DNA of 64,000 bases from Antedon mediterranea (Eukaryota > Animalia > Echinodermata): NCBI RefSeq assembly GCF_964355755.1, contig NC_092675.1:18014912-18078911 (forward strand), given 5' to 3'. Below the pieces are notes generated by a model. The model ran no database searches. It was not told the origin of the DNA and saw only the letters and a program-made list of their open reading frames with translations. The position numbers and the translations under genes were made by a program. Positions 1-12,500 of the stretch are shown piece by piece (within the stretch, counting starts at the first letter, position 1; each line of letters opens with the position of its first letter).

Positions 1-59
1 AACTTCAAAAAAATTAAAACAAAACATTATTTAGCAGTTATAAAATTTATTAATTGTAC

Positions 60-3000
60 CTTAAAAAGAAACATTGAAAAGTTGTGTCCACAAGAAATGC
101 TGGTAATTTGTGTCAGAAAATCCAATTTGTGTGGCACTGTGGAAGCTGAAACTAAGAAATATAATTTTGTAATAATAAAGGAACAAAGTGGTCCCTTGAA
201 TTACAATTTTGTTATATAGTACAAGTCTAATTATTACTGTGTATCCAAACAGTTGAAAACAAACAAGAGAAATTGAACTCTGTTGTACTTACTCAAATTG
301 TATTCATGGCGAAGCTCCTTGATTATGAATAAAACAGAAAAATGTATATTTAATTTAATACATTAAATTTGATCTCACATAATTTAATTATGAGAAAATG
401 AATAAGCAAATAAAAAAATCAATAGATAAAAGTCAGAAACAAATATCAAGCTAATACAAACATGACATAAAGGCTGTGTTTCCGCAGCAAAAATAAAATT
501 ATCAATCAACCAGATGCCCAATCATATCGCAACAATTTGTCTTCCAAAAGTTAGAAATGGTCGCTTTTATCCGATAATTATCTGGTTTGAATGACAGATA
601 ATAATTGGTTAATTTTTATCAGCTAATTATCAGTTAATTTTTGGCTGCGGAACACGGCCAATGATGGTAAAATATCTGATTTTCTAGATTTATTTAGGAG
701 TGAGTATGATTAATGGTATGTGAGTAAACATACATTAGCACCTAGAGGGTTAGGTGTGTGTCACTATTATGTAAAGCATTGAGTGAGTTGTGCAGGTGAT
801 GTTTAGTAGGCCCTGTAGTAAATTGTACATTGAGTTAGTAACTCATGCAATTTGTTTTTATTGTGATAAGTATTTTTTTTGTTGTTTTTTTTAATCGTAT
901 TTAATGAGGGTGATCCATCCAGCTATTGCTGATCATTAGGGACCCTCAGAGGTTCACAAGACAAACATATACACAAGATGCTCTACATAAACAAAGTCTT
1001 ATTACAAGTCTTTGGGAGTGGAGTAATTTGGTCCTTAGAAAAAATCCTGACATGTGACGGGACTTGAAGAACTCAGGACCCTTGGAGTGGTAGACAAGCA
1101 TCATAACCACCAAGCCACAACTCCACTCTTCTAACAAACCAAGTGCTTTGTGCTGAGCTGAACTCACTCAGAGTAGGATTGATTGGATACCTGGATGATA
1201 TGAATTTTTTTAATGTTAAATCTGCTGCCCATGTATTATGAACTCAATAAATTACCTGATAGACATGTATCATGTGTGTGATACCAAGCCAATGAGAACA
1301 AACAAGAAAAATAAATGATATACAATTATGGATTACCTCAAACGATATATTCTTATGTTCAGACATTGCTGATATAGCCTGTAAGCGTGTTTCTATCAAT
1401 TTTGACACACCACGCACTAAAACTGTATCTTTCTCTTTTTTTACAGCCTGAAGTTATAAAAAGGGAGTTTATATATGTGGTTGTTCGGCACAATGTTTTT
1501 AAATTATTATTTATAATTAGTATATCATATTATAGTCTATTTCTTTAATTTGTAGGTTCTTAACGTACCTCAAAAGCAGGGAGCATTGATTTCTTGTTAG
1601 TGGTATCAATGTAGGCTATGCAACCTATTATATATCAATATACAAAACAGCCTCTGAAAGATCTGTACAACTTATTTTTTGCAAATAATCAATTTAATGA
1701 TAATTACAATGCTAATAACAATTATTTTTACTTTAAATAATCAATGCAATAATTACTTACTTTTTTCATTATATTTACCAAGTTGATTAGAATTGTTGCA
1801 TCCCCAACCAAAAACATTGCCAGTGTATGTTAAGACAAGGGAGTGGTTGCCACCACATGATATTTGTTGGATAGGTAACCCAGCCAAGCAGGAGACATGT
1901 GTAGGGATGGCACAATGGTCTTGAATAGTTCTGTAGCCTAGCTGCCAGTAACTGTTATCACCCCATGTATATAGTTTACCACCTTTACAAAAAAAGTTAA
2001 GAGTTAAATCTCTCTCTAGTACTGTATAGGAAACCAGGGCAGTTAAAATGTCGTAGTTTAAAAACGTGCTAGTAGGCCTACAAATGCTGGTCATTTTGAT
2101 ATCCTATGTGTACCCTATGTTTATTGATTAGTGCAATATAAAATTGTATAATTAGGAACAAACATAGACAAATATTCTCTCATACTGTAGGCTAGTAAGA
2201 TGGATGGATTCCTCTATTTGCAGTGGATAATTACATATCCTTCGATTTGATGGGAAATCATTTTCAAGTCATTATCTTTTTCATTATTAATAAATTTTAC
2301 TGTATATATTACTTTTTGCAAGAGCCAAGGTGTGCTTTGCTCCACAGGCCACTTGGATAATGATTTCATTGGATAAAGACTTTATGACTCTGAAAAATAA
2401 AAAAAAACATAAATAAGTTTTTTAATAAAGTCAGAAAATATGATTAAAAGTTTATTTATTAAATTTATTTTAAAATTGTTACGTTACTTTGGTGTTGTTC
2501 TCTTCTTCAAATGTACTTCACCATGACCACATTGACCTTCAGAATCACGACCCCAGCTCATAATTTGACCTTTGTCACTTATGACAATGTTGTGTGCATC
2601 CCCACAGGCTGCTTGTACAATGACAAATGTATCCAGAGAAGGGACATGCTCTGTGAAAAAAAAGGACACACGCATTACAGGTTTCAACCCTTCCGATTTC
2701 TTCAAGAGCCTCCCGAATTTTCATCCATTCTCCCAATATCCAGAGTAAAGCAAAATCTCTTAAATTTTGGTTAATGATATAATCATTTAAACCCATGTTT
2801 GTTTTTTAGGAGGTTAGTTCTATATGATTTAATACATAATTACATCTGATCAGTTACCTCTGGTAAACATTGAAATGCCGATGATGTAATAACATAGAGG
2901 GCAGATAAATGCATCACATCCATCAAGGACACGTAAAATCTATTAAAACGCATCAAAATTATGTTAACCTCCCAAAATTGTTAATACTAATACTGTAGTT

Positions 3001-3354
3001 GAAAGATTTGAAGTGTTATATAGCTGATTTAATAACAGATTTGCACAATTTTAATTTGCACAAGAAAGCTTTTAAGAACTGCGATACCTTTGCATAATTT
3101 AAGTAAAGAGGAATAACGTTAATGTTTTGATATTTATATTTGAAAGACAAACCTGGAGTAGACTTCTCCTCATTTTCACATGTGTAAACTGTTCCATCAG
3201 TCAGAACAAAGACAGTTTGGTGATTGCCGCATGCTATTTGTTGAATGGAACGATTATTCAATATTTGCAACTCGTTGATGACTGGACTAGTAGCAGCAAC
3301 ATCCTGGTGATCATATTTAACAGGATTCAAGCAGAACACTCTTGATGACGTCAT
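60..3354 (-). CDS. Small HERC-family E3 ligase paralog A, 5' RCC1-like-domain exons (gene continues past the left edge)
   Basis: Exons at about 3153-3354 ([20 protein letters not shown]), 2488-2651 ([19 protein letters not shown]), 2313-2390, 1761-1983 ([27 protein letters not shown]), 1568-1625, 1338-1450, 293-320 and 60-153. GT-AG boundaries, RCC1 repeat motifs, collinear with copy C. Confidence 0.9.
472..659. mobile_element. Small MITE (Harbinger-like GGC termini)
   Basis: Imperfect terminal inverted repeats ggctgtgtttccgcagcaaaaa / ttttggctgcggaacacggcc. Confidence 0.55.
900..1160 (-). mobile_element. Probable tRNA-derived SINE
   Basis: Degenerate tRNA-like head on the minus strand (gtggcttggtggttatgatgcttgtctacc..gggtcctgagttc..aagtccc). 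Its tail end is repeated in inverted orientation at about 45742-45795. Confidence 0.5.
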
Positions 3355-3524
3355 TCTACAAACATCTAGAATGTCAACTTAATACTGTCCTGGCAATGGT
3401 ACACCTTTACACTACCCATTTAAAAAGAATATGTGGAATGGCTTGCCCTAACTAATTAGTTGAAGCTAGCTCTGTTATGTATAAGACTTTCAAGCCAGTG
3501 GGGTTGTTGAAGTATAGGCTCTCA

Positions 3525-4995
3525 TCTAATCTATATATAAATTTACGTAAGGGCAAAATTCGGTAAATTGCGCGTTATTTCTAGAATGTTTACTCGATGG
3601 TATATAAAGTTGGTTCGTACTTTCGGTACTGATTTTAACCACCAGATGTAACCCTGTTTACTAATTAAATTGAGTTCGATAATTAGTTATTGACGATTAA
3701 AACGAATTTAGGTTCAACGATTTGCCCCAAATAGGGGTGTTTTTCGATCGTGGTATACACTGTCTAATGGATGTCCGTCTTGAAAAATACCCGCAGACAA
3801 TAATACGAGGATGCTTCGCATTTTCCTATCTCCTCCTACGATAATTGTTTTTAATGGCTGAAAACCGGTTGAACAGCTCGAGTACAGCATCATAATGTTG
3901 AAGACAGGCCGATTTTTTTTTTAAAATACTATTTTGATAGATTTAATATACGTTTATACAAATGTATTGATTTGCGATGAATGGAACATTCCAATCTCTG
4001 TTCCACAAGTGTCTATTCCCTCAGGCGTCGTAAAGGCAAGTACTGTATACTCATAACAGAAATTCGATCCATTTTTTTTTCAACCAACCCAACCATTTCA
4101 ATCTGTGCTGCAGAGGTTGGATATACATTTTTTTAAACAGATAATGAGCTAGCGCTTTCACTCGCCGTATATTATGTACACATCTTTATTATTGCAGTTA
4201 AACCACCCACATCATCACCCTTCCCTCACTGGCATGAGTAGCGTTGTAAAACCAGTAGAGGATGGGCCTACGGTAGGCCCTACATCACATGCCCTAAACG
4301 CAGAACAACTTTGGAGGGTAGGGTAGGAACCAACTTAAGTATGAATTGGCTCTAAGAAACAACTGAAAACCATTATGCCTACTAATTAAGTTGAGTTAGA
4401 TAATTTAATATTTATTGACCATTAAATCGAATTTATGATTTTGCCCGAATAGAGGTGGTTTTCACAAATTGTTTTAAATTATATAAACATATTATACACG
4501 TCGTAGTGATGTATCGTTACATGTACTATACTATTTCAATCGACGGTGATAGTTTCAACAAAGTATTAAATCGCAATGTTTTACTGTGTATAGTGGTATA
4601 TTATTTGTAAAACATGAAAACAATTAATATTTCGTTATTAAATGGATAAAGAATATATTTAAAAATTGTTCTTCTTTGCACCCATCCTCTTCCCCATCCC
4701 TCAACCCTAATGTTACATAAAAAACAAAAATTAAGTTTGTTTAAATTTGACTTAAACAATTTGTCTCATTTTGTGACAAGTTTCTCTTTCGGAAGTAATT
4801 CCCAGGGTGCTAATTTTAGTTGAGTACATAAATCACAGTGTCTATTTATTCGTTCCTGTAAACGACATGTATTATTGTCCTGCGGTACGTACATTTGAAA
4901 TCGCCAGTTCTTTAACGCTGAAATTATTATGTATTCGAGAACCATCTGTGGGCACGACCTAGATGGTACGCGAGCGAAGCGAGCGTACCATCTAG
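3525..4995 (+). mobile_element. Non-autonomous Helitron
   Basis: 5' end A|TCTAATCTATATATA. 3' end is a hairpin around gcgagcgaagcgagc followed by CTAG|T. Internal diverged direct repeat at about 3660-3745 vs 4382-4462. No TSD. Confidence 0.65.
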
Positions 4996-5134
4996 TTATA
5001 ATAAGTCTGTTTATATGATCCATTAAGTTGTCAGTCAATAATTATACCCTAGTGGAGGTCAGTTGTCAAGTTATACTAAACACATCTGATTTATTTTATT
5101 AATGACAGGTGTATAAGTACCTGATGTACTATGA

Positions 5135-5968
5135 GGCCCTGTTTCTGCTGCCAATCCAAAATATACCGTATAAATATACCGTATATATACCGTATATGAA
5201 ATTCGTGCACCGTTTCCGCTGCACATACTTCGTGGGTGGGCTGTAAAAAAAGTTGGCTTTCATATACCCAAAATGCATTTGGTGAGACGGAAGTATGGAT
5301 TGACCTGAGTCTCGTGTAGAAAAACAAAAACAATGATGGTTTCTAAAAACGTCTTAGCATTGCTTTCTATTTTAAATCTAATGATCAGAAGTGGCAACGA
5401 ATTTACATCGCACAAACAATCTAGAAATGTAGAATGGGCATTGACTACAGTTATGCAAAGAAGACGACGGCGTTTGCCGATAACTTAAGTCTACCACAAA
5501 TTCTGCTTTTATTTTGTTTGAGATGCTTTTGTAAATCTCGGTATCTCTTCTGTTGCCATGTAGTCTCCCCCCAACCTTCGCTTCTCCCCACAATTGAATT
5601 GCAAAAATAGTTACTTCTTCAGTCCACAGTGATATTTTGATCTGTTGCTTGCTTATTATACACGTGTGTCTCAAGCAGCAGAAAAACCAAACAAACGCGT
5701 CACGCTCTGTTAGTTTTTGACCTCGTGTCATGGGCCGGGTCACATATACGGTATATTTTGAGTGCAGCAGAAACGGGGTACGAAATATACGGTATATTTT
5801 GGAATATACCGTATAATATCCACAAACGATGGGGATATTTATGCGGTATATATACCGCATATATATACGGTACATTTTTTATGAGACCCATTTCTGCTGC
5901 CAAAAAATATACCGTATATAAAATATACCGTATATATACGGTATATTTTTGGCAGCAGAAACGGGGCC
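5135..5968. mobile_element. PIF/Harbinger-type MITE
   Basis: TIRs ggccctgtttctgctgccaa / ttggcagcagaaacggggcc, 3-bp TSD TGA on both sides, many subterminal aaatataccgtat repeats. Confidence 0.8.
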
Positions 5969-6263
5969 TGATAGGTGGAATGCCCCACCTCTTTTCTGGT
6001 TATTAACTGACCAATCACATTTCATTGTACTGTACATATATAATATAATACAAGTTCTGAATAAACTGTTAGTTCAAGTTCTCATGTAACACTGTAGAGT
6101 TATATCTTATTTTTATCCGTTGTTGGTTGTTTGCTTCCAAGTCGAGATTATGGCTACTCATAATCTAACAAGCTCTTTCTTTAATATAAACTACTACTAC
6201 TAGTAGAAGTAGGGCCTAATAAAGTAGCATTTATTTATTACCATTATAGTATACAATTCTTAC

Positions 6264-6453
6264 CTGTTTCACATGAATTATAGCTAGGCCTACGCTTATT
6301 TCATTCGTGAGTACAGCATCCCGTACAGCATACAATATACCTTAAGTAGCTCTGCCTAGTAATTAATTGAATAAGTATTTGTAGTAAGGTTGGAAATTCC
6401 TTCTTCCATATCGGGAATTTCCAAGAACGTGTCAACTTTCTGAAGAGGGCGCT
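6264..6453 (-). promoter_or_regulatory. Non-coding exon 1 and promoter of HERC copy A
   Basis: Splice donor CAG|gtaag at 6264/6263. GGAAATTCC at 6392, GGGAATTTCC at 6413, GAAGAGGGCGCT at 6442. Homologous to 49980-50159 and to 28221-28290 plus 35880-35992. Confidence 0.7.
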
Positions 6454-6499
6454 GTATAGAATTACAGTATATATTCATAGATAGTGTAGTAGGTTTGAT

Positions 6500-7148
6500 C
6501 AAAGAATATATATCACAAGAATGAGTAATCCGCGATTTTCCCTGTAACAGTAATATTGTCCATGTGGTAGGGCGCCGCCATAAGTGTGGATGTATCTGGG
6601 ATGTATACAACTTTTTGTGAAGGTTTCACTAATCAAATGCTGGACCACCGGATTATTTTCCGATGATAAAAATGTTATCAACTACATGCCAACATCATGT
6701 TAAATACTATTTGAATATTTAATTGTTCGTTTTATGCAATTTATTTAGTAAAAACTGCCGTATAAACAGTTTGATTTATCAACCGGGCGCTACGATAGCG
6801 TGACCGGGCGTGTTGGTGTTTACACGTTTTCACGAAGGATAGTTTAATAATATTCCTATATTTTACTTGTTTCTGGTAAAACAAATAAATGTTAATGACA
6901 TTTAAAATTTTCTCCTATTAATAACATGTGTTTTATACTAATTTATATCATAAAAACAATACTTAATTTACCGGGCGTACAGTACACAATTGCAAAAACT
7001 ATCATCATAATTCTATTTAATGTGACATGTATCATGTCTATTAAATCAAGTCTTATTTAGTATGTATACATCACTCACTGGAGATCTCTGTTACAAATTT
7101 CTCATGCAAAAATCGCGGAATACTCATTCTTGTGATATATATTCTTTG
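6500..7148. mobile_element. Non-autonomous P-element-like transposon
   Basis: About 40-bp TIRs caaagaatatatatcacaagaatgagta.tccgcgatttt, CANRG termini, 7-bp TSD gtttgat. Confidence 0.75.
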
Positions 7149-8567
7149 GTTTGATATATTAAGAGCAGGAACTGCGTGTAGTACAAGAAATTGTCATATT
7201 CTTGATTCTGATTCCTTCATAAATCATTCAAAGACTTAACAACCCATAATTATTTACTGACAACATCAAGTTTATTTGAAAGAAAAAAACATTGGTCTTT
7301 TAAAAAATTGTTACACTTCCGACTCTGGAAACAAGACATAAATATGACTAGCAGCGCATAAATGACTATTCGTCCGTCATACTTCAACACTCTGAAGTTA
7401 ATATCAAGTAATAAGATGTGTTTAAATGTTTGTGGTACAAAAACCTCCTCTATATTTTTGTTGTAAATAATTTCATTTTACACTAATAATCTTATATATC
7501 GGAGCACTGAAAAAATGATGTCAGAAAATATTAAAAGAGTTATGATGACCATCTACAGAGGCCTACTAGCTAAATTTAACTTTTATACAGACAGTGATAG
7601 GTAAAAATATTATAGTTATTATTATATTAGTTTATACCTTATATAGGTAACTACAATCATACAAACATGATATATGAGAACATATTTGTTTACAATTTCA
7701 TTTAATTTATTTATTTGACCAACAAACCATATAATAATGTACAGTAAATAGATGAGAATTGGTCAGCGACTGCTCAAGATTACTATAACTTAGACAGCAG
7801 TCCCATGATCTTAACTAAAATAAATTTATAATATACTATATTTTTAGATGTGTATTTTCAAAAAAATTAGTAAAACATATATTATACAATAAGTAAATAC
7901 ACAAAACAAAAATAAATTAAAATTATTATTATTATTATTATACAAGAACTATTTAGTATCTAGATATGATGAACGTCAAATACTATTTCATAAGACCAGA
8001 TAAAGTGATTAAATAGAAATTGTAGCTTTTTTTCACCAAAGAAAAAAACCCTAGTCTTGGGGAATGTTTTAAATTCCTGGTACAGTTGCGGTCATTTAAT
8101 ACCCCATATGTATGGTTACGTGCAGAAACAGAAATTTGTATAACAAACAAACATCGAAAGTGGGGAAAAGTGGGCCATTTTGACAACATTTTGGCCCCTA
8201 ACTTCGATTCTAGATGGCGGATAATGTTCAAATGTAGTTTAGAACCTTTCCGGTACAATTCCGGTCATTTTGATACCTAATATGTAAGGTTATGTGCAGT
8301 AACAAGAAATTGTATAACGAACAAACAAATGTACAAACTCTTTCACTTATAATAAAGATTATTATTGATAAATTCTCCCAAAACCTGATAACTACAGACC
8401 TAGAAACTTTACTAATAAACCAATCTAATTCCAATATGCCTACTTTTTTTAACCTGCATGATTCTGAAACCAGACATTGTTGGCAAAGGTGTAAAATAAT
8501 TACAAGTTTAAATCCATTGGAGAACGAAAGTGCCCTTTCAAAATTTACCATTGTTAAAGAAATCTGA

Positions 8568-9484
8568 TTACACCAATCCAAACCCATGAGGATACTCCAA
8601 TACCAACATCAGCTTCTTTCTCATTTTTTCTTTGGTTTCATAACATGGTAAATTAAGGCAGTTAAAGCATGTAAGAGCTGTTGGTAAGAGGTCGGTACTT
8701 TCTAGGTCGGCTGGTTGAAATATCACCCTCAACTGAGACATTCCTTGAACTGGGATCCGGTCACTACCCGTCAAGAATACTAGAGTTATAATAAAGAGAA
8801 CAGAAATACACATACAGTATTATAAAAATAATTTCAACTTCACAAATCAATAACCAATAACTAAACTAATAGACTAAATACTAATACACTCTCAAGCATT
8901 GTTTATGGGATAAAACTTTTTGCTGTTAGCCATTGCCACAAACACAGAATAATACATAATTCTCCATTATTGTGTATTGGAAGTAAAATACCAGAACAGT
9001 CTAGGCACATGTAGTGTATGGTCTGATATTGATTTGTTTTTGCTCAGAGCTAATCACTAAGAATTGTCACTTCAATATTGGCCAATTTATTTAACTTTTA
9101 AGTCACGATATATACTTGCCTAAGAATGTCTTCTTTTTTTCTAATGTGAGTTCATGGAAAACTTCCCAAAAGTACTTGATAGTTTTATGCTCTTTGTTAT
9201 AAAGGCCTTTGTACTCCACCAGCTGTAAAGAAGTAGGAAGGCATTTTGGAAATAAAATTGCTAAATTTATTGTTGTGACCTAAATGTTATTATTTTTCAC
9301 AACCAAATATATTTTAACATAAAATCATGTATTTTGACTGCAGTAATTTCAGTAATATAAAAACTGCAACAAAATACATACACTTAAGTTTACCACTGTG
9401 CAACTCTTGATTTTCATTTGACGAAACTGAAAGTGTTGATAACTATACAGCAATAGGGAAGATCAACTAATTAAAAAGGACAAG

Positions 9485-9518
<34 letters not shown>

Positions 9519-12500
9519 AACATATAAACTGTATAATAATTGGATCTTACAGAAAGGCCTACAAAACGAAAAATGTTGACTGTACATACGCTTTCAAATT
9601 CTTCCCAATCATAGATTTCATTGCCAACAACCAATGACATAAGTTCTTCTGGATGAAACATCTGTAGTATTGGTCCTCCACAAACCTGATGGAACCCCTC
9701 TGCAAAAGCACTATACTGCTCTTTTATCGACTCATTAAACATGCAATCAATATACAGGTCTACAAACTCTTGCCTAAAATATAAATTAGACATAATTTGG
9801 TGAATTGAGAGAATGTAAGGAACTTATTTAAAAATATTCTACTGCAGTTACTGCAGTAACTACATTGTGTTTACTCTATTTTGGGAAGCATGCACAGTAT
9901 TACTGACTCAGAAACTTCTACATTGAAACAACTAAAGTCATACAGTATGTTTCAGTTTTAAAAATGGCTAATTTTGACATGATCTCTAAATTGGTATAAT
10001 ACAATATGTTAATTATATTGGTGCATTATCAGAATATTATGTTCAAATGTTTGGAATGTTTTACACATTTTCATAAAATAATTTACTTTAATGATCATCT
10101 CGCATTTGTATCTTTCTTTTGTGATGTTATATAGTCAGTATTTGTTTAAACCCAGTTTATCATCTTGACTATGTAATTTCTTAGTATTTGTTGTTTTTCA
10201 TATGGTGTTTTATGTTGCTATATTTCAAAAGCAAGGCAAATGTTATGCTATGTTTATGTGTTTGACCAAATAAATTTAATTGAATGTTTTGATAAAGTAC
10301 TAATTATTAAACTAACTTATTGTCATAAGTGACAGGAATGTCCTTTCCTCCTTCCTTTAGGTCAATGATATCTGTGTGAAACTCTGATGAAAACTGAAAA
10401 GGGTAGTCAAACACATCTTGAAGATTGTAATCATCATAATCCAAGATATCTTTCAGGCCAGAAGCCATTGTTGGTTCCAATTGGCTCATGTCTGATAGAA
10501 ACACAGGTCTGGAGAAAATAATTCAATTGCTTAGAATGTATTATACTTTTGTACAGTAATTTATGTCTGATACTTAAACTAACTTATTGTCGCAAGTGAC
10601 AGGAATATTCACTCCTCCAAGAAATTCTGATGAAAACTGAAAAGTTAGGCCAAAAACATCTTGAAAATCACAATCATCGTAATTCAAGATGTTTTTCAGG
10701 GAGGAAGCCATTGTTGGATCCAATTGAGTCAAGTCTGATTGAGACACAGGCCTGAAGAAAATAAAACAATTCTGAACGTGCAATAGCACCTTTAAATATC
10801 CCTTTTTTTAGCAGAACTCCAAATGGATATGATAGACTATGTGTTATAAAATAGAATGGTATACATCACTTTACTTTTTTAGAAGTTTCTTGTAGAGTGC
10901 CAAGGGGAATGGAAGTTCCACAATAACTTGGTTGTAGATTGCTAATCCACACAGTATTCCAACCATTCGAAACTTTGACTTATCTTCATACTGATAAAAC
11001 AAAATTTAGAACGAAAATAAATTATACATTAATAGTATTAGGTTGTATAGACTATTCTCCTTCATTTGTTTTTTATCTCCATTTCTTTTTTGTTAGCATG
11101 TCTTCTCGCCTGGGCAATCACAAACCTTGGCATATTAGGGCCTACAGTATCTGAAGTTATATAATTTAAACAAAAGTAAATGCACAACAGTTAAGTATAA
11201 CTCACTCATAATTTTAACACAAGGTACAGATTGCAATTGTATATCTAATTTGCTTGTGATGAATAAGATTTAGTTTTGTATTTATTATAGTGTTTTTAGT
11301 GTCATAAGCTTTACCTGTGCATTGAACCAGATCCTTTTTGTTTCACTGAAGACCGTAAACATCCCAAATTTAGGATCAAAAATTTTTTTGAAAAGTAGCT
11401 GAAAGAACTCCTATAAAAGTTGAATTGGAATAACAGATATATTAAGAGACCAAGTCAAACGATGGTAAAATAAATGTTGTATACTGTTCAAAAGAAAATG
11501 GTTGCCGATATCATGACTTAAGAATTTTTGGACAATGTGTTATGATACACACATTGCATGATGTAATACTTAAAACATTTATTAATATAGTACAGTAATT
11601 AATGTTAGCAGATACTTAGAGTAAGATTTTTCTTATGTTGTTATAGTTTGATCAATATGAATGTCTTATTATTTTCATTGTTAATATTATTAGTATTTGA
11701 ATATAAAAAAGTACAATGAGAACAAGTGGGAGTGTGTAGATGTGCTCTCATTGTACAATAATATATGTTACTAATAACCTACTGGTCATGTTATGTTCTA
11801 AGTAATAGTTTAGATACAGGAACTGTTCTCAGACCACAAAGCATTTAATCATTGAACCATCATTGCTTTTAGATAGACAGTATTTACTTACTCACCAACT
11901 TAATTCCTACTGTGTAGATGTGTACCTTTTTTAAATAGTTTACAATAAAGTTATTAGACTATTAGTTCTAGAGAGAACATTTGTATCTGCGTCAATCCTG
12001 TAATCTATATGGCTTAACAGCTGTGACTGTGTATCAAACAACATGCTTGCTAATGACAGTGGTTCGTTAATATTTGTTCTTTAATACTTCTTTTGAATGT
12101 AGTACAAAAACAAAACATTGACTTGGGTTTTATGGTTCCTCCAGTGATTTAAAGACTATACTATATCTTGAGAGACAACCATACCCCTCAACTCACTAAG
12201 TGTTTGTCTTATATTTAACTAAATAACACTGACTAAAATCCAATAATATTAATTACACACTACCTTACAAGGGCCCCCACCACCATAATCATCTCCTGGT
12301 TCATCTTCAAATTTAACCTTCAATGGTTTCTTTAAGTCTTTTTTATGTTCCCTTAGCTGTTTCAGAGCACTTTCAACAATGTTCTTTCTGTCAATTGTAA
12401 TGTGCAAGGCTAGTAGCCGTTGAAATTCCGGATTCATAGGCATGCCGAAGATCTGATTGAGCATAAGCGGTTGAAACATTTCTTCTGTTAAACAAGCTGC

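Noticed and set aside
1040-1160. tRNA gene
   Set aside because: The A/B-box-like sequence is degenerate, no clean cloverleaf is visible, and it is attached to a repeat body, so a SINE head is more likely.
5091-6006. ORFs of 67-165 aa
   Set aside because: They translate the internal repeats of a MITE and have no coding signature.
8292-8567. 91-aa and 119-aa ORFs downstream of the HERC B stop
   Set aside because: They lie in the 3' UTR. The homologous region after copy C (about 39150-39340) does not keep the frame.
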